DNA of 64,000 bases from Candidatus Bathyarchaeota archaeon (GTDB lineage: Archaea > Thermoproteota > Bathyarchaeia > Bathyarchaeales > Bathyarchaeaceae). Numbering within the stretch: the first letter of the stretch is position 1; every line of letters begins with the position of its first letter. The notes below the pieces were generated by a model. That model was not told where the DNA came from. It saw only the letters and a list, made by a program, of their open reading frames with translations, and did not search any database. Where the stretch lies: assembly GCA_963697165.1 (NCBI GenBank), contig CAVOMX010000012.1, positions 1-64,000 on the forward strand, in the 5' to 3' direction. This document shows positions 30,240-40,131 of this stretch, piece after piece. Made by a program: the position numbers and the translations under genes.

Positions 30240-30730
30240 ATGGTTTCACGAATGAAGAAATTTTGTTACTTTTATTAGTTATTTCTTTGTTGTTGTCTTT
30301 TGCAGGGCTTGCATACATTCTGTTTTTGCAGGTTGTTTTTCCGTCACTTGTGCCTTTTTATGGCGGAGCTGAACAGTTTACTCTTAACCAAGCTAACGAC
30401 TATACTTGGGAAATTCCTTGGTTAGCAAATTCTAGACTCCACGTAAGCTTTCAAGCCAACGCAACAGTGCAACTCTGTTCAGATGGCAATTACTTAACCG
30501 ATTGCACAAGTTACGAATTCATCCTAGGACCAAGCGATTACGTTCTTATTGGACTAAAAGCGGATTCTCCTGTTTCCGGAATGTTCACAGCTTGGCAGGA
30601 GCCTCCTGTTGAAAGCCAAATAATGGCTATGACTTTAACATTGGCTGGTCTAGCGGGAATAGCAGCATCACCATTACTTAATAAAAGGAACCAAAGAAGA
30701 CACAGTTATCGGAAGCAAGTTAAGGGGTAA
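30240..30730 (+). CDS. Hypothetical membrane protein with two TM segments; start uncertain
   Basis: Hydrophobic N- and C-terminal segments; upstream ATG at 30240 is out of frame with the 30263 ORF. Confidence 0.55.
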
Positions 30731-30944
30731 CCCTTTTTTTCCATTCTTCCTGAAGTTTCAAAGCGAGATTCCCATCTTCCAAAATAAATGCTCCACGGTA
30801 ACCACATTTTCTGCACTGCCACAGCGACCAGAACTGCGGCATACCCTGCGCCCAAAAGACATCTGTTGATCCACACTTCGGACAATACTTAATTGCTCGC
30901 TTCTTTTTCTTCTCGACTTTGTTTGGGCTTTCATCATTTGGCAT
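30720..30944 (-). CDS. Small Zn-ribbon protein
   Basis: YCPKCGS...WQCRKCGYRG. Confidence 0.75.
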   Translation of the reverse strand: MPNDESPNKVEKKKKRAIKYCPKCGSTDVFWAQGMPQFWSLWQCRKCGYRGAFILEDGNLALKLQEEWKKRVTP

Positions 30945-31056
30945 ACTTCAAGGCCGACCTTTGCATTTTATTTCCTTTCTTATTTTCAGCGTCCAATTCT
31001 ATCAGCTTTCAGACAAACGATTTTTATTTGGGTAGCCAATTTTTACAGCAGAAAAG

Positions 31057-31251
31057 TCAGTCGATGGCTATACCGTTGGTCCGTAACACTTGTTTAATTT
31101 TGTTAACTTCTGCTCTGAGAAGTCTGAGTTCGCTCATTACGTCCTGCAATGCTGAAGGGATAACTTCATTTAGATTAGGTGACAAATCAGATGACCTTTT
31201 CTTTCTGCTAATAATATCTTCGGGCTTGTAAACTTCACCCACAAAAACCAC
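31057..31251 (-). CDS. Small coiled-coil hypothetical protein
   Basis: GTG start after GAG; LQDVMSELRLLRAEVNKIKQVL heptads. Confidence 0.55.
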   Translation of the reverse strand: MVFVGEVYKPEDIISRKKRSSDLSPNLNEVIPSALQDVMSELRLLRAEVNKIKQVLRTNGIAID

Positions 31252-31468
31252 CTCACAAATAATAAATTAATTTCAAAACTAAAAAGGATGCGCCTTGAGG
31301 AGTCTGTTAATACAAATTATTTATACAACCGCTTACAACGTGCTGATTACTCAAAAGAGTTGAAGTGTTTAGAATAGTGCCCCTAAACTAGTTGATTTTC
31401 TATTCTAAATTAAAAAAAGATAATTGTTAATATTGTCTCTAAAATACAACAATCTGCTGGAAACCAAA

Positions 31469-32110
31469 ATGGAGATAGTAACAATTTTAATAATTACAGG
31501 TTTATTGCTGCTATGGAATCTTTTTGTAATTCATTATTTGACAAAATGGGTGTACAACTTTGTGCGGAACCACAAAGACATTCCAGCTGAATATATTGGA
31601 AGAAAAATCATCCATATGTTTTGTGGGGGAATAATCGCTATTCTAATTCCTGTCTTCTATGAGGGCTATTATGAACTTGTCGTCCTCTCAGCGTATGGTT
31701 TATCGGCATATTTGCTCTTTTGGAGACAGCATAAACTAATGTATTGGTTCCAAGTCAAAGAAAACATGTATGAAGTTCACTTCACCATAGCTTACGGGAC
31801 AACTCTCCTAATGGGGATACTATTTCAAAACCTTATGATTGGTCTGATACCCTTGCTCTTTATGTCATTTGGTGATTCAGCAACAGGTCTAGTTCGAGCC
31901 TTCACCCAAAAAAAGCAGGTAAAATCATGGGATGGATCATTAGCCATGTTTCTTATCTGTTCAGTAATCGGATATCTATTCTTAGGAATATATGGAATTA
32001 TTGTTGGAGCAGTTGCAACTCTAGTAGAAAAAATTCCTGGAATAGATGACAATATCACAGTACCACTAATAACCGCCTTACTTGTATACATTCACGGAGC
32101 ATTAATTTAA
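31469..32110 (+). CDS. Dolichol/phytol kinase family membrane protein
   Basis: RKIIH, MSFGDSATG, KSWDGSLAM, VEK, IDDNITVP. Confidence 0.85.
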   Translation: MEIVTILIITGLLLLWNLFVIHYLTKWVYNFVRNHKDIPAEYIGRKIIHMFCGGIIAILIPVFYEGYYELVVLSAYGLSAYLLFWRQHKLMYWFQVKENMYEVHFTIAYGTTLLMGILFQNLMIGLIPLLFMSFGDSATGLVRAFTQKKQVKSWDGSLAMFLICSVIGYLFLGIYGIIVGAVATLVEKIPGIDDNITVPLITALLVYIHGALI

Positions 32111-32269
32111 AAAACCAACATCTTCATTTTTTGCAACATAGATCCCTCTCTCTAAACATAATGGCTTTTCAGCGAAAGGACACTTATTTTTATGACAGGT
32201 CGTAACCCTCCTTATGTTTAGCTAAACATGACCTAGCTTAACAGTAAGAAAAAAAGCGTATGCTAGCTG

Positions 32270-32554
32270 TCAAATTTCTAAAGATTCTCTAATTTCGTCT
32301 TCTTTGAAACCGTTGATTAAGATTCTGCCATCTATAAGTATTGCCGGAAAGCTGAAACGCCCTCCACGGTTAAGAATGTCCTCTCCGATTTTTTCGTAAT
32401 CTTCATCGTTGCATAAGTCGACATCAACATACTCGAATTCAATGTTGTTATCTCTCAGAAGTTGCTTCTCTTTATTACACCACGGGCAGGTACTAAGAGC
32501 ATACAACAAAACTCTGTGTTTGCTATTTTTGCCTTGAACCTTTATAGTCTGCAT
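32270..32554 (-). CDS. Glutaredoxin family protein
   Basis: YALSTCPWC, SFPAI, GF. Confidence 0.88.
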   Translation of the reverse strand: MQTIKVQGKNSKHRVLLYALSTCPWCNKEKQLLRDNNIEFEYVDVDLCNDEDYEKIGEDILNRGGRFSFPAILIDGRILINGFKEDEIRESLEI

Positions 32555-33138
32555 TTTCTCCCCTTTTGGTCTCATCATTAATACAATTTATCTGAGTTTA
32601 GCATATAAATTTTTATAATTTTGAGAATAGAAACCAAAGCGAAAACCCAAATCTTCTAGTGCTAAATCCAAGTATATCCTAATGGGGCTGAAAAGGTTCA
32701 AACACAGGAGCACACATTCTTTCCCACTTGAAAAAGGTTGAATGTGACCTATACTCATCAACAACTGTGCTAAAGCCTCAGCACCCCTCTCACATTTCCT
32801 TTTTTTATTTATTGCCCTTTTAAATTGATTATACCCAATATTTTTCTCTAGCTCTTGGCCTTTCTTCTATCCACCTGTCCTAAACCGGTCTTCCTTTGTT
32901 GTTGATTTTGATAAAACAAAAGAGGAGAACGCACGTTTGCTACGTATTTTTGGTTAACCTACTGTTATTTCTCCCATGTAGACCTGTTTTCCATTTTTTG
33001 AACATGAAACTGGAAAATGATGTAGACATCCCTGCGGTTTAATTGCTAGCTTTGGTCAAAAACAAATAGCTGGAAAGCCATTCTCTTATATAAAACCATT
33101 TAATCTTTATCCTTCTAACAAGTTGGCAGGCTGAAACT

Positions 33139-34095
33139 TTGCAATCTTTGGTTCCTGACGAAATAATTGACATGTTACATAGACAAAAGTATCATCTGGT
33201 GGGAAACCACTCGGCGGTAAAACGGTGCAGATGGCTCTACAACAGTATAGTTCAAGATAGAACATGCTATAAACAGAAATTTTATGGAATAAAGAGTCAC
33301 CAGTGCCTCCAGATGTCTCCCTCACTTTTTCATTGTACAATGAGTTGCGTTTTTTGTTGGCGTGCCCAGAGTGGAGACCACAATTTACGGTGGGACGAAA
33401 CCCGATTACCCGAGTGGGATGACCCAGAGGACATAATTGATGGGTGTATCCGCGAGCAGAAACGGATATTGACGGGATACAAGGCAACCCCCAACGCGGA
33501 CCAAACTAAACGCTTAGAGGCAACAACGCCCAAGCATGCAGCCATAAGCCTAACCGGAGAACCCACCCTATATCCTCATCTGGACGGGTTAATCAATGGC
33601 TTTCACAAACGTGGATTCACCACGTTTCTAGTCTCTAACGGGACAGTTCCAGAAGTCCTATCCAATCTGACCGAGGAACCCACACAACTTTACATTTCGG
33701 TTTCGGCTTTTGATGAGAAAAAGTTCTCTCAGGTTTGTCGTCCCCATGTTTCGGATGCGTGGAAAAAACTTAACAAAACCTTAGAGTTGCTTCCCAGCTT
33801 CAAGTGCCCAACGGTGATCAGATTTACTTTGGCGAGGCACCTGAATCTTGAGCATCCCAAACTTTTCGCAGAGCTTGTCAGAAAGGCAAATCCAACATAT
33901 TTGGAGCCGAAGGCTTACATGTATCTGGGATTTTCGAGGCTAAGGCTGGACTTTAGTAACATGCCGACTCATATGGAAATCAAAGATTTCGGGTCTCAGT
34001 TGTCTACGGAACTGGGTTACAACATTCTCGATGAGGCACCTGACAGCAGGGTGGTTCTGCTTAGCCGCTTGGAAAAGGCTATTAAGTTAGCCTAG
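33139..34095 (+). CDS. taw1: 4-demethylwyosine synthase (radical SAM)
   Basis: HSAVK.C.W, CYKQKFYGI.SH.C.QM, CTMSCVFCWR, HAAISLTGEP. Confidence 0.96.
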   Translation: MQSLVPDEIIDMLHRQKYHLVGNHSAVKRCRWLYNSIVQDRTCYKQKFYGIKSHQCLQMSPSLFHCTMSCVFCWRAQSGDHNLRWDETRLPEWDDPEDIIDGCIREQKRILTGYKATPNADQTKRLEATTPKHAAISLTGEPTLYPHLDGLINGFHKRGFTTFLVSNGTVPEVLSNLTEEPTQLYISVSAFDEKKFSQVCRPHVSDAWKKLNKTLELLPSFKCPTVIRFTLARHLNLEHPKLFAELVRKANPTYLEPKAYMYLGFSRLRLDFSNMPTHMEIKDFGSQLSTELGYNILDEAPDSRVVLLSRLEKAIKLA

Positions 34096-34129
34096 ACTTC
34101 ATTTTGAATTGTTTCTGGCTGTGAACTTT

Positions 34130-34771
34130 ATGTCGTTGAGGGAAATTCTGGAAAAGATTCAAGAAGATTTGAGTGGAAGAGAGCAAGTGCGGGAAGATGT
34201 TCACAGGGACATGCGAAAGGCAACGCGCCTCTCTAAACAAGCTATTCAAGTTACTCACCAAGAAAGATTTGATGACGCTAAAGCCATGCTTGAAGAGGCA
34301 AAGATGCTGTTTGTGAAGCTTAGGGAGACAGCCAAAGATTATCCTTACCTTTTTTACAGCGGTTCTGTTGGTGCTGCCTTCGAAGAAAACGCTGAAGCTC
34401 ACATATTACTTACGCTGATTCAGGAAAGCAGATTTCCAAGTCCGAAAGAAATCGATGTTCCCGTAACGCCCTATGTGCTATCTTTGGGGGACGTGATTGG
34501 GGAGATTAGGCGTAGAGCGCTCGATTTGATTCGGAGAGGAAACGTGGAGGCATCTGAGAAGTGTCTAGAGTGGATGGAGCACATCTACTCCGAGTTGACG
34601 GCTCTAGATGACGCATACATAATCGTTAACGGTCTTAGAAGAAAAGGCGACGTTGCGAGGCGCCTCATAGAAATTACCCGAGGAGACATAACCATCGAAG
34701 TTAGAAGAACCGCCCTAGAACGCTCAATCTTAAAACTAGAGAACAAACTTGAAAAGGAAAATACTGACTGA
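34130..34771 (+). CDS. Translin/TRAX family protein
   Basis: RE...R..R.SKQAI..H, EENAEA, YVLSLGDVIGEIRR, LRRKGDVAR. Confidence 0.85.
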   Translation: MSLREILEKIQEDLSGREQVREDVHRDMRKATRLSKQAIQVTHQERFDDAKAMLEEAKMLFVKLRETAKDYPYLFYSGSVGAAFEENAEAHILLTLIQESRFPSPKEIDVPVTPYVLSLGDVIGEIRRRALDLIRRGNVEASEKCLEWMEHIYSELTALDDAYIIVNGLRRKGDVARRLIEITRGDITIEVRRTALERSILKLENKLEKENTD

Positions 34772-34810
34772 AAAGCCCGAAACCTAAACAGTTTGGGGTC
34801 AAAATGGGAG

Positions 34811-35315
34811 TTGCCGAAGCTTAGCCCAAAGTTTTCTGCCAAAAAAGCCCATCAGATGCAGCAGCGACTATAATAGAAGCTCAGTTTTGAGGAAAATTCC
34901 GCCTGCATATTCAGCGATAAGAATGCTTTACCTTGAACCAGACGTTTTTATGGTCGATGGTTAAGGATTCACTCATCCTTATAGCTTGGGGTTTGCTTCG
35001 AATCTGGGTTTGATTCTGGACAAACCAAATGTTGGGGTAGCAAAGAGCCTGTTGTACGGTAAAGCTGAATCAGTTGGTTCACCTGGACGGGTTTCGCCCC
35101 TAAAGGATAATAAGAGAGAGACCATCGGCGCCGAGGTTATAACAAAGCAGGAAACAAAATCTGTTTTCTATATTAGTGTCGGTCATAAGGTGTCGTTGGA
35201 TCGGGCAGTAATGTTGGTTATGCATTGTGCGAGAAAATATCGGTTGCCTGAGCCGATTAGAAGAGCACACATGATAGCTAATAGCGAAAGAAAGAAGCAT
35301 AAATCAGTTCTTTGA
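34811..35315 (+). pseudogene. nfi: Endonuclease V pseudogene
   Basis: FSAKKAHQMQQRL* N-terminus, MVDG*G..HP..GFAS..G, GVAKSLL.G, YISVGH, YRLPEPIRRAH; in-frame stops and a missing internal segment. Confidence 0.85.
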
Positions 35316-35381
35316 GTGTTTATCCTTAAAATTATCTAAGTAGACCTAGAATTGTTTACTAATTATATTGAATGTAGAGTA

Positions 35382-35404
35382 CGGATTCATAAATGATTAA
35401 TTAG
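35382..35404 (+). promoter_or_regulatory. 23-bp upstream element, identical to 6518-6540
   Basis: CGGATTCATAAATGATTAATTAG, ending 30 bp before the 35435 ORF. Confidence 0.7.
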
Positions 35405-35434
35405 AATAAGTTTTCCTTTATTCTGTCTTAATAG

Positions 35435-36166
35435 GTGTTATATTTGACCGCCATTCCACAGGTTCCCGAAAATATTGTTCAAAGGAAAGTTATTGTCTAC
35501 AAATCCAGAGTAGACCCTGCGATGCTAAAACAAAAAGCAGAAGAGATGAAGAACGAATTATTCGTTAAACGCTTCTCAAAACCTAAACCTGAAGATATAC
35601 ATGTAGTCTCGGTTGACAAACATTATGAACCATACGTTCTTGTTGACGCAAAATACAGAATTGAATATTACACAAAAAAAAGTTACACTGTTGAGGTCGC
35701 CGAGAAAGCTAAAGAAGTGAAGATACTTGGGGAAACCTTCGTACCTCGGATGGTTGCTATTCCCGATTCTGAGCCTGAGCAGTTCCGTAAGTTTATCAGT
35801 CTTGAAGGACAAGAGTGGTCTTTCTATGAAGACAAAGCATACTTTATTCTTGACAAGAGCGGAAATGAGGTTTCGCCTGATCAGGTTCCTATTGCTCCCT
35901 CTGAGGATAATCCCACAAAACTCTTGAAAGAGTTCGGAAAGAAGACTGAAAAGGTAAAGATCTCTAATCGAGAAGTAATGTTGATCGCTAAAACCAAGAT
36001 AATCAAAAGACCCTCAGACGTGGACACTATTGACAATGAAACATTTCAGGTCACTGAGCACGCGGTAATCTACAATCCAATCTACATAATCACGTTTAGG
36101 AACGTGAAGAATAAAGAAGAAAAAACCGTCAGAATAGACGGCGTCACTGCGGAAGTAATCCAGTAA
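35435..36166 (+). CDS. Uncharacterized protein, paralog of 6574-7326
   Basis: Colinear with the 6574 ORF over its whole length. Confidence 0.85.
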   Translation: MLYLTAIPQVPENIVQRKVIVYKSRVDPAMLKQKAEEMKNELFVKRFSKPKPEDIHVVSVDKHYEPYVLVDAKYRIEYYTKKSYTVEVAEKAKEVKILGETFVPRMVAIPDSEPEQFRKFISLEGQEWSFYEDKAYFILDKSGNEVSPDQVPIAPSEDNPTKLLKEFGKKTEKVKISNREVMLIAKTKIIKRPSDVDTIDNETFQVTEHAVIYNPIYIITFRNVKNKEEKTVRIDGVTAEVIQ

Positions 36167-36313
36167 CAAGCAGGCGCACAGACGGTTCTTTCTGTTCTCA
36201 AACTCTTTCTTTATTGCGCTTAGAGAAAATGCTAAACTTAGTGTTTTATAGAAAAAATAAGACGCTGAATTGTCAGCGCTTAAAATCTAACTTGAACAAC
36301 TCCGTTTTTTTAC

Positions 36314-36778
36314 TTAGTTTTCTTGTAGTATACAATCGTCGTATTCTTTCTCTAGTTTGTTCTTGTGTCCCAGCTCTTCCTGCGCCAGCTTTGAGAATAG
36401 TTCGCCCATCTTTGTTCCTTTGAGTCCAAGAGCCAAAGTTTTGTAATAGTCGAAGGTGCTTTTTTCTCGCTTAGTCGCATACACAAGTATTGCTTCATAA
36501 TCTGCGCCAGATGACAATGGAGTGTCCTGCAGCATGTCAATGATCTTGAGGTCTTGAACTGCGCCGCCGTGGGAACCAAGTTGCGAAATCTTCGTTTGAT
36601 CCTTAATTATCGCTTCAAGCTTGTTTTTGTGCCCAGTTTCTTCATCTACCAGTTGTTTGAGGAAAACTTTGGATGAAGGATACTTTGCATTCTTTAGAGC
36701 CATAGTGTAAAGGGTGATGGATTGTTCTTCAACTTTTACTGCGGCTTCGATAATTTTTTTCCATTCTAGTTTTGACAA
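36314..36778 (-). CDS. Ferritin-like/rubrerythrin family protein
   Basis: E...Y and EExxH diiron motifs twice (EETGH, EELGH). Confidence 0.88.
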   Translation of the reverse strand: MSKLEWKKIIEAAVKVEEQSITLYTMALKNAKYPSSKVFLKQLVDEETGHKNKLEAIIKDQTKISQLGSHGGAVQDLKIIDMLQDTPLSSGADYEAILVYATKREKSTFDYYKTLALGLKGTKMGELFSKLAQEELGHKNKLEKEYDDCILQEN

Positions 36779-36871
36779 GAATTGTTTCCCCTAAACTTTC
36801 TGTGGTTGTTCACTGAACATAAAGTTTTCGAATAACCATTTTGGGTTGCAGAGAACTAAAACTTGTGATGC

Positions 36872-37333
36872 TTACTTTCCGTGGCGCTCAAGATATTCTT
36901 CGACTGTTGGATAGAGCGACTTCACTCTGTCCCGCCGTTTTATTAGGTTGATGTTACGTAGTAGCACACAAACATCTTTTGCGTTGCAGAAGCTTTCGGT
37001 TTTGCCGTCTGGACGCTTTCTGGTGACACAAATACAGTTATCTACCATACAGTTGGCTACGCATGCGGTGCAATGGATGCACAGATCTTCTATGATGCCG
37101 ATTTCTCCCGCCTTCCAGTAAAGAGCATTAGTGGGGCAAGCTTTTACGCACAAATTGCACTCTATTCCTCTGCATGTTCTCAGGTCAATCTTTATGCTGC
37201 CCTCTTCAAAGAAGTCCTTGATTCCCATTGGCTCTAGAAACTCAGCCCTGCGGCTCTTCGGTTTCTCTTCAGAAACTTCTTCCGAGAGGAGATCAAAAAT
37301 ATTCACGTTTTGTTTCTCAGATTTTTTGGGCAT
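36872..37333 (-). CDS. 4Fe-4S dicluster domain protein
   Basis: CRGIECNLCVKACP and CIHCTACVANC. Confidence 0.85.
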   Translation of the reverse strand: MPKKSEKQNVNIFDLLSEEVSEEKPKSRRAEFLEPMGIKDFFEEGSIKIDLRTCRGIECNLCVKACPTNALYWKAGEIGIIEDLCIHCTACVANCMVDNCICVTRKRPDGKTESFCNAKDVCVLLRNINLIKRRDRVKSLYPTVEEYLERHGK

Positions 37334-37339
37334 CTCAGT

Positions 37340-37505
37340 TCATCCCCTCCCGAGCCTCTTTCTGGTGTATTTAGAGTTGTAAGCTTCCTACAAAATGTTA
37401 CCTATTTTTCAACTCATCAATCTCAGCAAGTCCACCAGATTAACCACACTGTGGCTGCTTTATCGCACACATTCATTTCAGGGTCTAAAGATGATACAGT
37501 TTATA
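37340..37505 (-). pseudogene. Possible remnant of an upstream Fe-S gene
   Basis: Degenerate CII(F)R..NVC and RKRLGRG* ending just before the ferredoxin gene. Confidence 0.3.
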
Positions 37506-37570
37506 GCTTTTAAAAAAATGGTTATACAATAATTTGGAAATGTAATGAACTGCGAAAAAGGGAAAAATCA

Positions 37571-38488
37571 AGTGAAGAAAACTGTTGTCATAATCGTTTG
37601 TTTGCTGTTTTTGCTGTCCCTGCTTGTTTTAACGCTTATTTTGTCTATTGGAACAGAATCCGATTTCCGCGAAGGGAAAAATGGGGGTCCTGCATTCATT
37701 ATCTGGGGGCACTCGAGATTAATCTGATGAAACATATATGGGTGGAGAACCTGAGTGTAACGCATCTAGAGATGTCTACGATGCTATTTACGGCTTATTT
37801 CCGGGCACATAATATGCTAGTTGCAGCAACTTTTTAGGGAATCGGCACCCAGCCAGACCAAGTTTTCGGCAATGTTAGATACTGCGAAGAAAATTACAAC
37901 TTTACCGCAATTTTTTTACAAGGGACACAGCATAGGCGCCTATTGTGATGATGAAAACTGTGAACTTGGGGAACACTGGACGCTTTATGCTGACGACAGC
38001 TATGAAGCAGAATACATCTGGGATTACCTTATGCATGATAGGATGATTTCGGGTACACACGATTTTGTTTTCCTTTGGACATGCAGCTACGGCTCAGAAG
38101 CCAGAATAGGAAAAATAGATGAGAACTGTCACAGCGTCGGCATGCTAGCATCATGGATGGACACAAACAGTTTAGAAGCTGACGGCTACGCATCCCCTGA
38201 CCGCAACAATCACTGTTTTATTGGTTTTGACAATTACTCGAGTTGGTTCACCAACAAAACAAGGTATGGCAACTTCAGTGATGCCGATTTTGTTTCCCTA
38301 TTCTTTGAGTATGAATTGTATGATGGCTGGACAATAAACGATGCATTTGATGCCGCTGCAGAAGAAACGAACTCTCAATCATCTTTCGGTGACTGCAAAC
38401 TTTACACAGGATATCTTATGCCTGACCCCGATAATCCGGGAAGATCTGTGATGTGTTAAATACGTGTGTGGGGTCGACGGAAACCTTA
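37571..38488 (+). pseudogene. Disrupted secreted hypothetical protein
   Basis: Signal-like MKKTVVIIVCLLFLL, then FFYKGH, FVFLWTC and FIGF across broken frames; stop before RVWG. Confidence 0.55.
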
Positions 38489-38516
38489 GACTGCTAAGAG
38501 AGGAGTGAAAGGGCAG

Positions 38517-39160
38517 ATGAAGCTGTTGACTAGAAAATTGTGTTTGCCTCTGATTCTTGTTGGTGTGTTAGCGGTTTTGGTTGTATACTTGCCTACCGTA
38601 CAGTTAGCAGAAAACTCAGATGCAAACGAGGTGCTGGTCTTCTTAGAAGAGGTAGTTAGCTTAGATGTGCAAAAATATGACGCAACATTACGGGGTACAT
38701 CAGTGACGTATCCTGATTGGCTAGATTGTCTTGCCCATTTGACTGGAAAATATACTCTTGAATCCGAAACAAGCAGAATAGATGTGCTCTTCAAATTCAG
38801 AAACGACACTCTGTCTTGGTGCCTTGCGCGATTAATTGAGGGTTCACCGCACTATACTGATTCCCCATCTGGGAACATTCGTGATTGGATTAAGGGTTTT
38901 CTTTAGAAGTATCAGGAATACTCGAAAACTTCAAGCTTGGAAGAAATGAGAAACATGTTAGACACTGTTGATGTTAAAGAAAACACGACAAAAACAACTG
39001 ATAACCTGAAGCTTAACGTGTCTGTTAATTCGTTTTCGTTCTCCTCTGATTGGAGATACACCCTTGATGGCACACGACTATGATAGAGTGAATTTTAGTG
39101 TCCGAAACATGTACTTCTATGCTTTCAGCGACGAGAGAAGCTACCGACAAACAGTTGATA
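38517..39160 (+). pseudogene. Disrupted secreted hypothetical protein
   Basis: Signal peptide, FLEEVVSLDVQKY; TAG at 38904 with the frame continuing KYQEYSK. Confidence 0.5.
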
Positions 39161-39232
39161 CGCCGTGAACATCACCGATTACGTATTTATCTCTGGTAAA
39201 CCTCTTAGACAACATTACAATAGACGTTAACT

Positions 39233-40099
39233 GTGATTAAAGTGGCTGGCAGATACAAGGCAATTGCAGTTGAAACCCGATACTGGAAACCAAGAGACGA
39301 TTACGCTCGAGACATAATTAAAGGCATAAAAAACATAATAGCTGACGGAGACTACGTCACTCTCTCTGAAAAGGCAGTTTCCACGGCGCTTGGTAACATA
39401 GTCGACGAAAAAAGCGTCAAACCAAACAGGCTTGCACGTTTCATCGCCAAATACTGGATGCAGCTTGTGTGGCCTTACATTCTGGGTCCTGTATGTCACC
39501 TGAGACAGAAAACCATAACGTTTCTCCGTTCATATCCTACTGAAGAAGGGAGCCTTCACAAGCAGCTAGCCCTTGAGCGGAGCGGTTTTCTGCAAGCCCT
39601 GATGCATGGCTCAGAGGGCGGCATCGACGGAAGCAACCTGCCCCACTCCTATGTCTGTCTGCCATTAGAAAATGCCCACGATGTTGCAACTGAACTGCGG
39701 AAAAGAATAGAAACTGAGCTTGGAAAAAAGGTGTCGGTTGCTATTGTGGATACAGACAAAACTTACTCGCTGAAGGGCTTCCATTTTACTCCTCGTCCAA
39801 AACCCATGAAAGGGATACATTCTCTTGGAGGTGTTTTAGCTTACGTGGCTGGCAGATCTCTTAAATTAAAGAAAAGAGCTACTCCCTTAGCAATATCTGG
39901 ACCTAAAATAACAACCGAAGAAGCTATTGAGGTCGCTAAAGTAGCTAACCGAACACGGGGAGCGGGAGCGGGCAGAACTGTTTGGGACATGGTACAAACA
40001 TTCAATGTCTCCTTGACGAGCGTAACTTGGAAGATGCTCGGCAGCGTGAAACATCACCCCGTAGTAATTATAAGACACAAAACGCAAAGGAGTCAGTAA
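39233..40099 (+). CDS. CofE-like F420-0:gamma-glutamyl ligase family protein
   Basis: TRYWKP.DD, DGDYV.LSEKA, GGIDGSN, IVDTD, PVVII. Confidence 0.75.
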   Translation: MIKVAGRYKAIAVETRYWKPRDDYARDIIKGIKNIIADGDYVTLSEKAVSTALGNIVDEKSVKPNRLARFIAKYWMQLVWPYILGPVCHLRQKTITFLRSYPTEEGSLHKQLALERSGFLQALMHGSEGGIDGSNLPHSYVCLPLENAHDVATELRKRIETELGKKVSVAIVDTDKTYSLKGFHFTPRPKPMKGIHSLGGVLAYVAGRSLKLKKRATPLAISGPKITTEEAIEVAKVANRTRGAGAGRTVWDMVQTFNVSLTSVTWKMLGSVKHHPVVIIRHKTQRSQ

Positions 40100-40131
40100 C
40101 CTCAAATTCACATACTAAGGAGCATAGAAAA

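Noticed and set aside
32580..33100. Long intergenic region possibly hiding a gene or ncRNA
   Set aside because: Only short broken frames, with no recognisable motif or convincing structure
39982..40131. N-terminal extension of AcdA in the ORF track
   Set aside because: It overlaps the CofE-like gene; ATG 40132 has AAGGAG upstream and matches the family start
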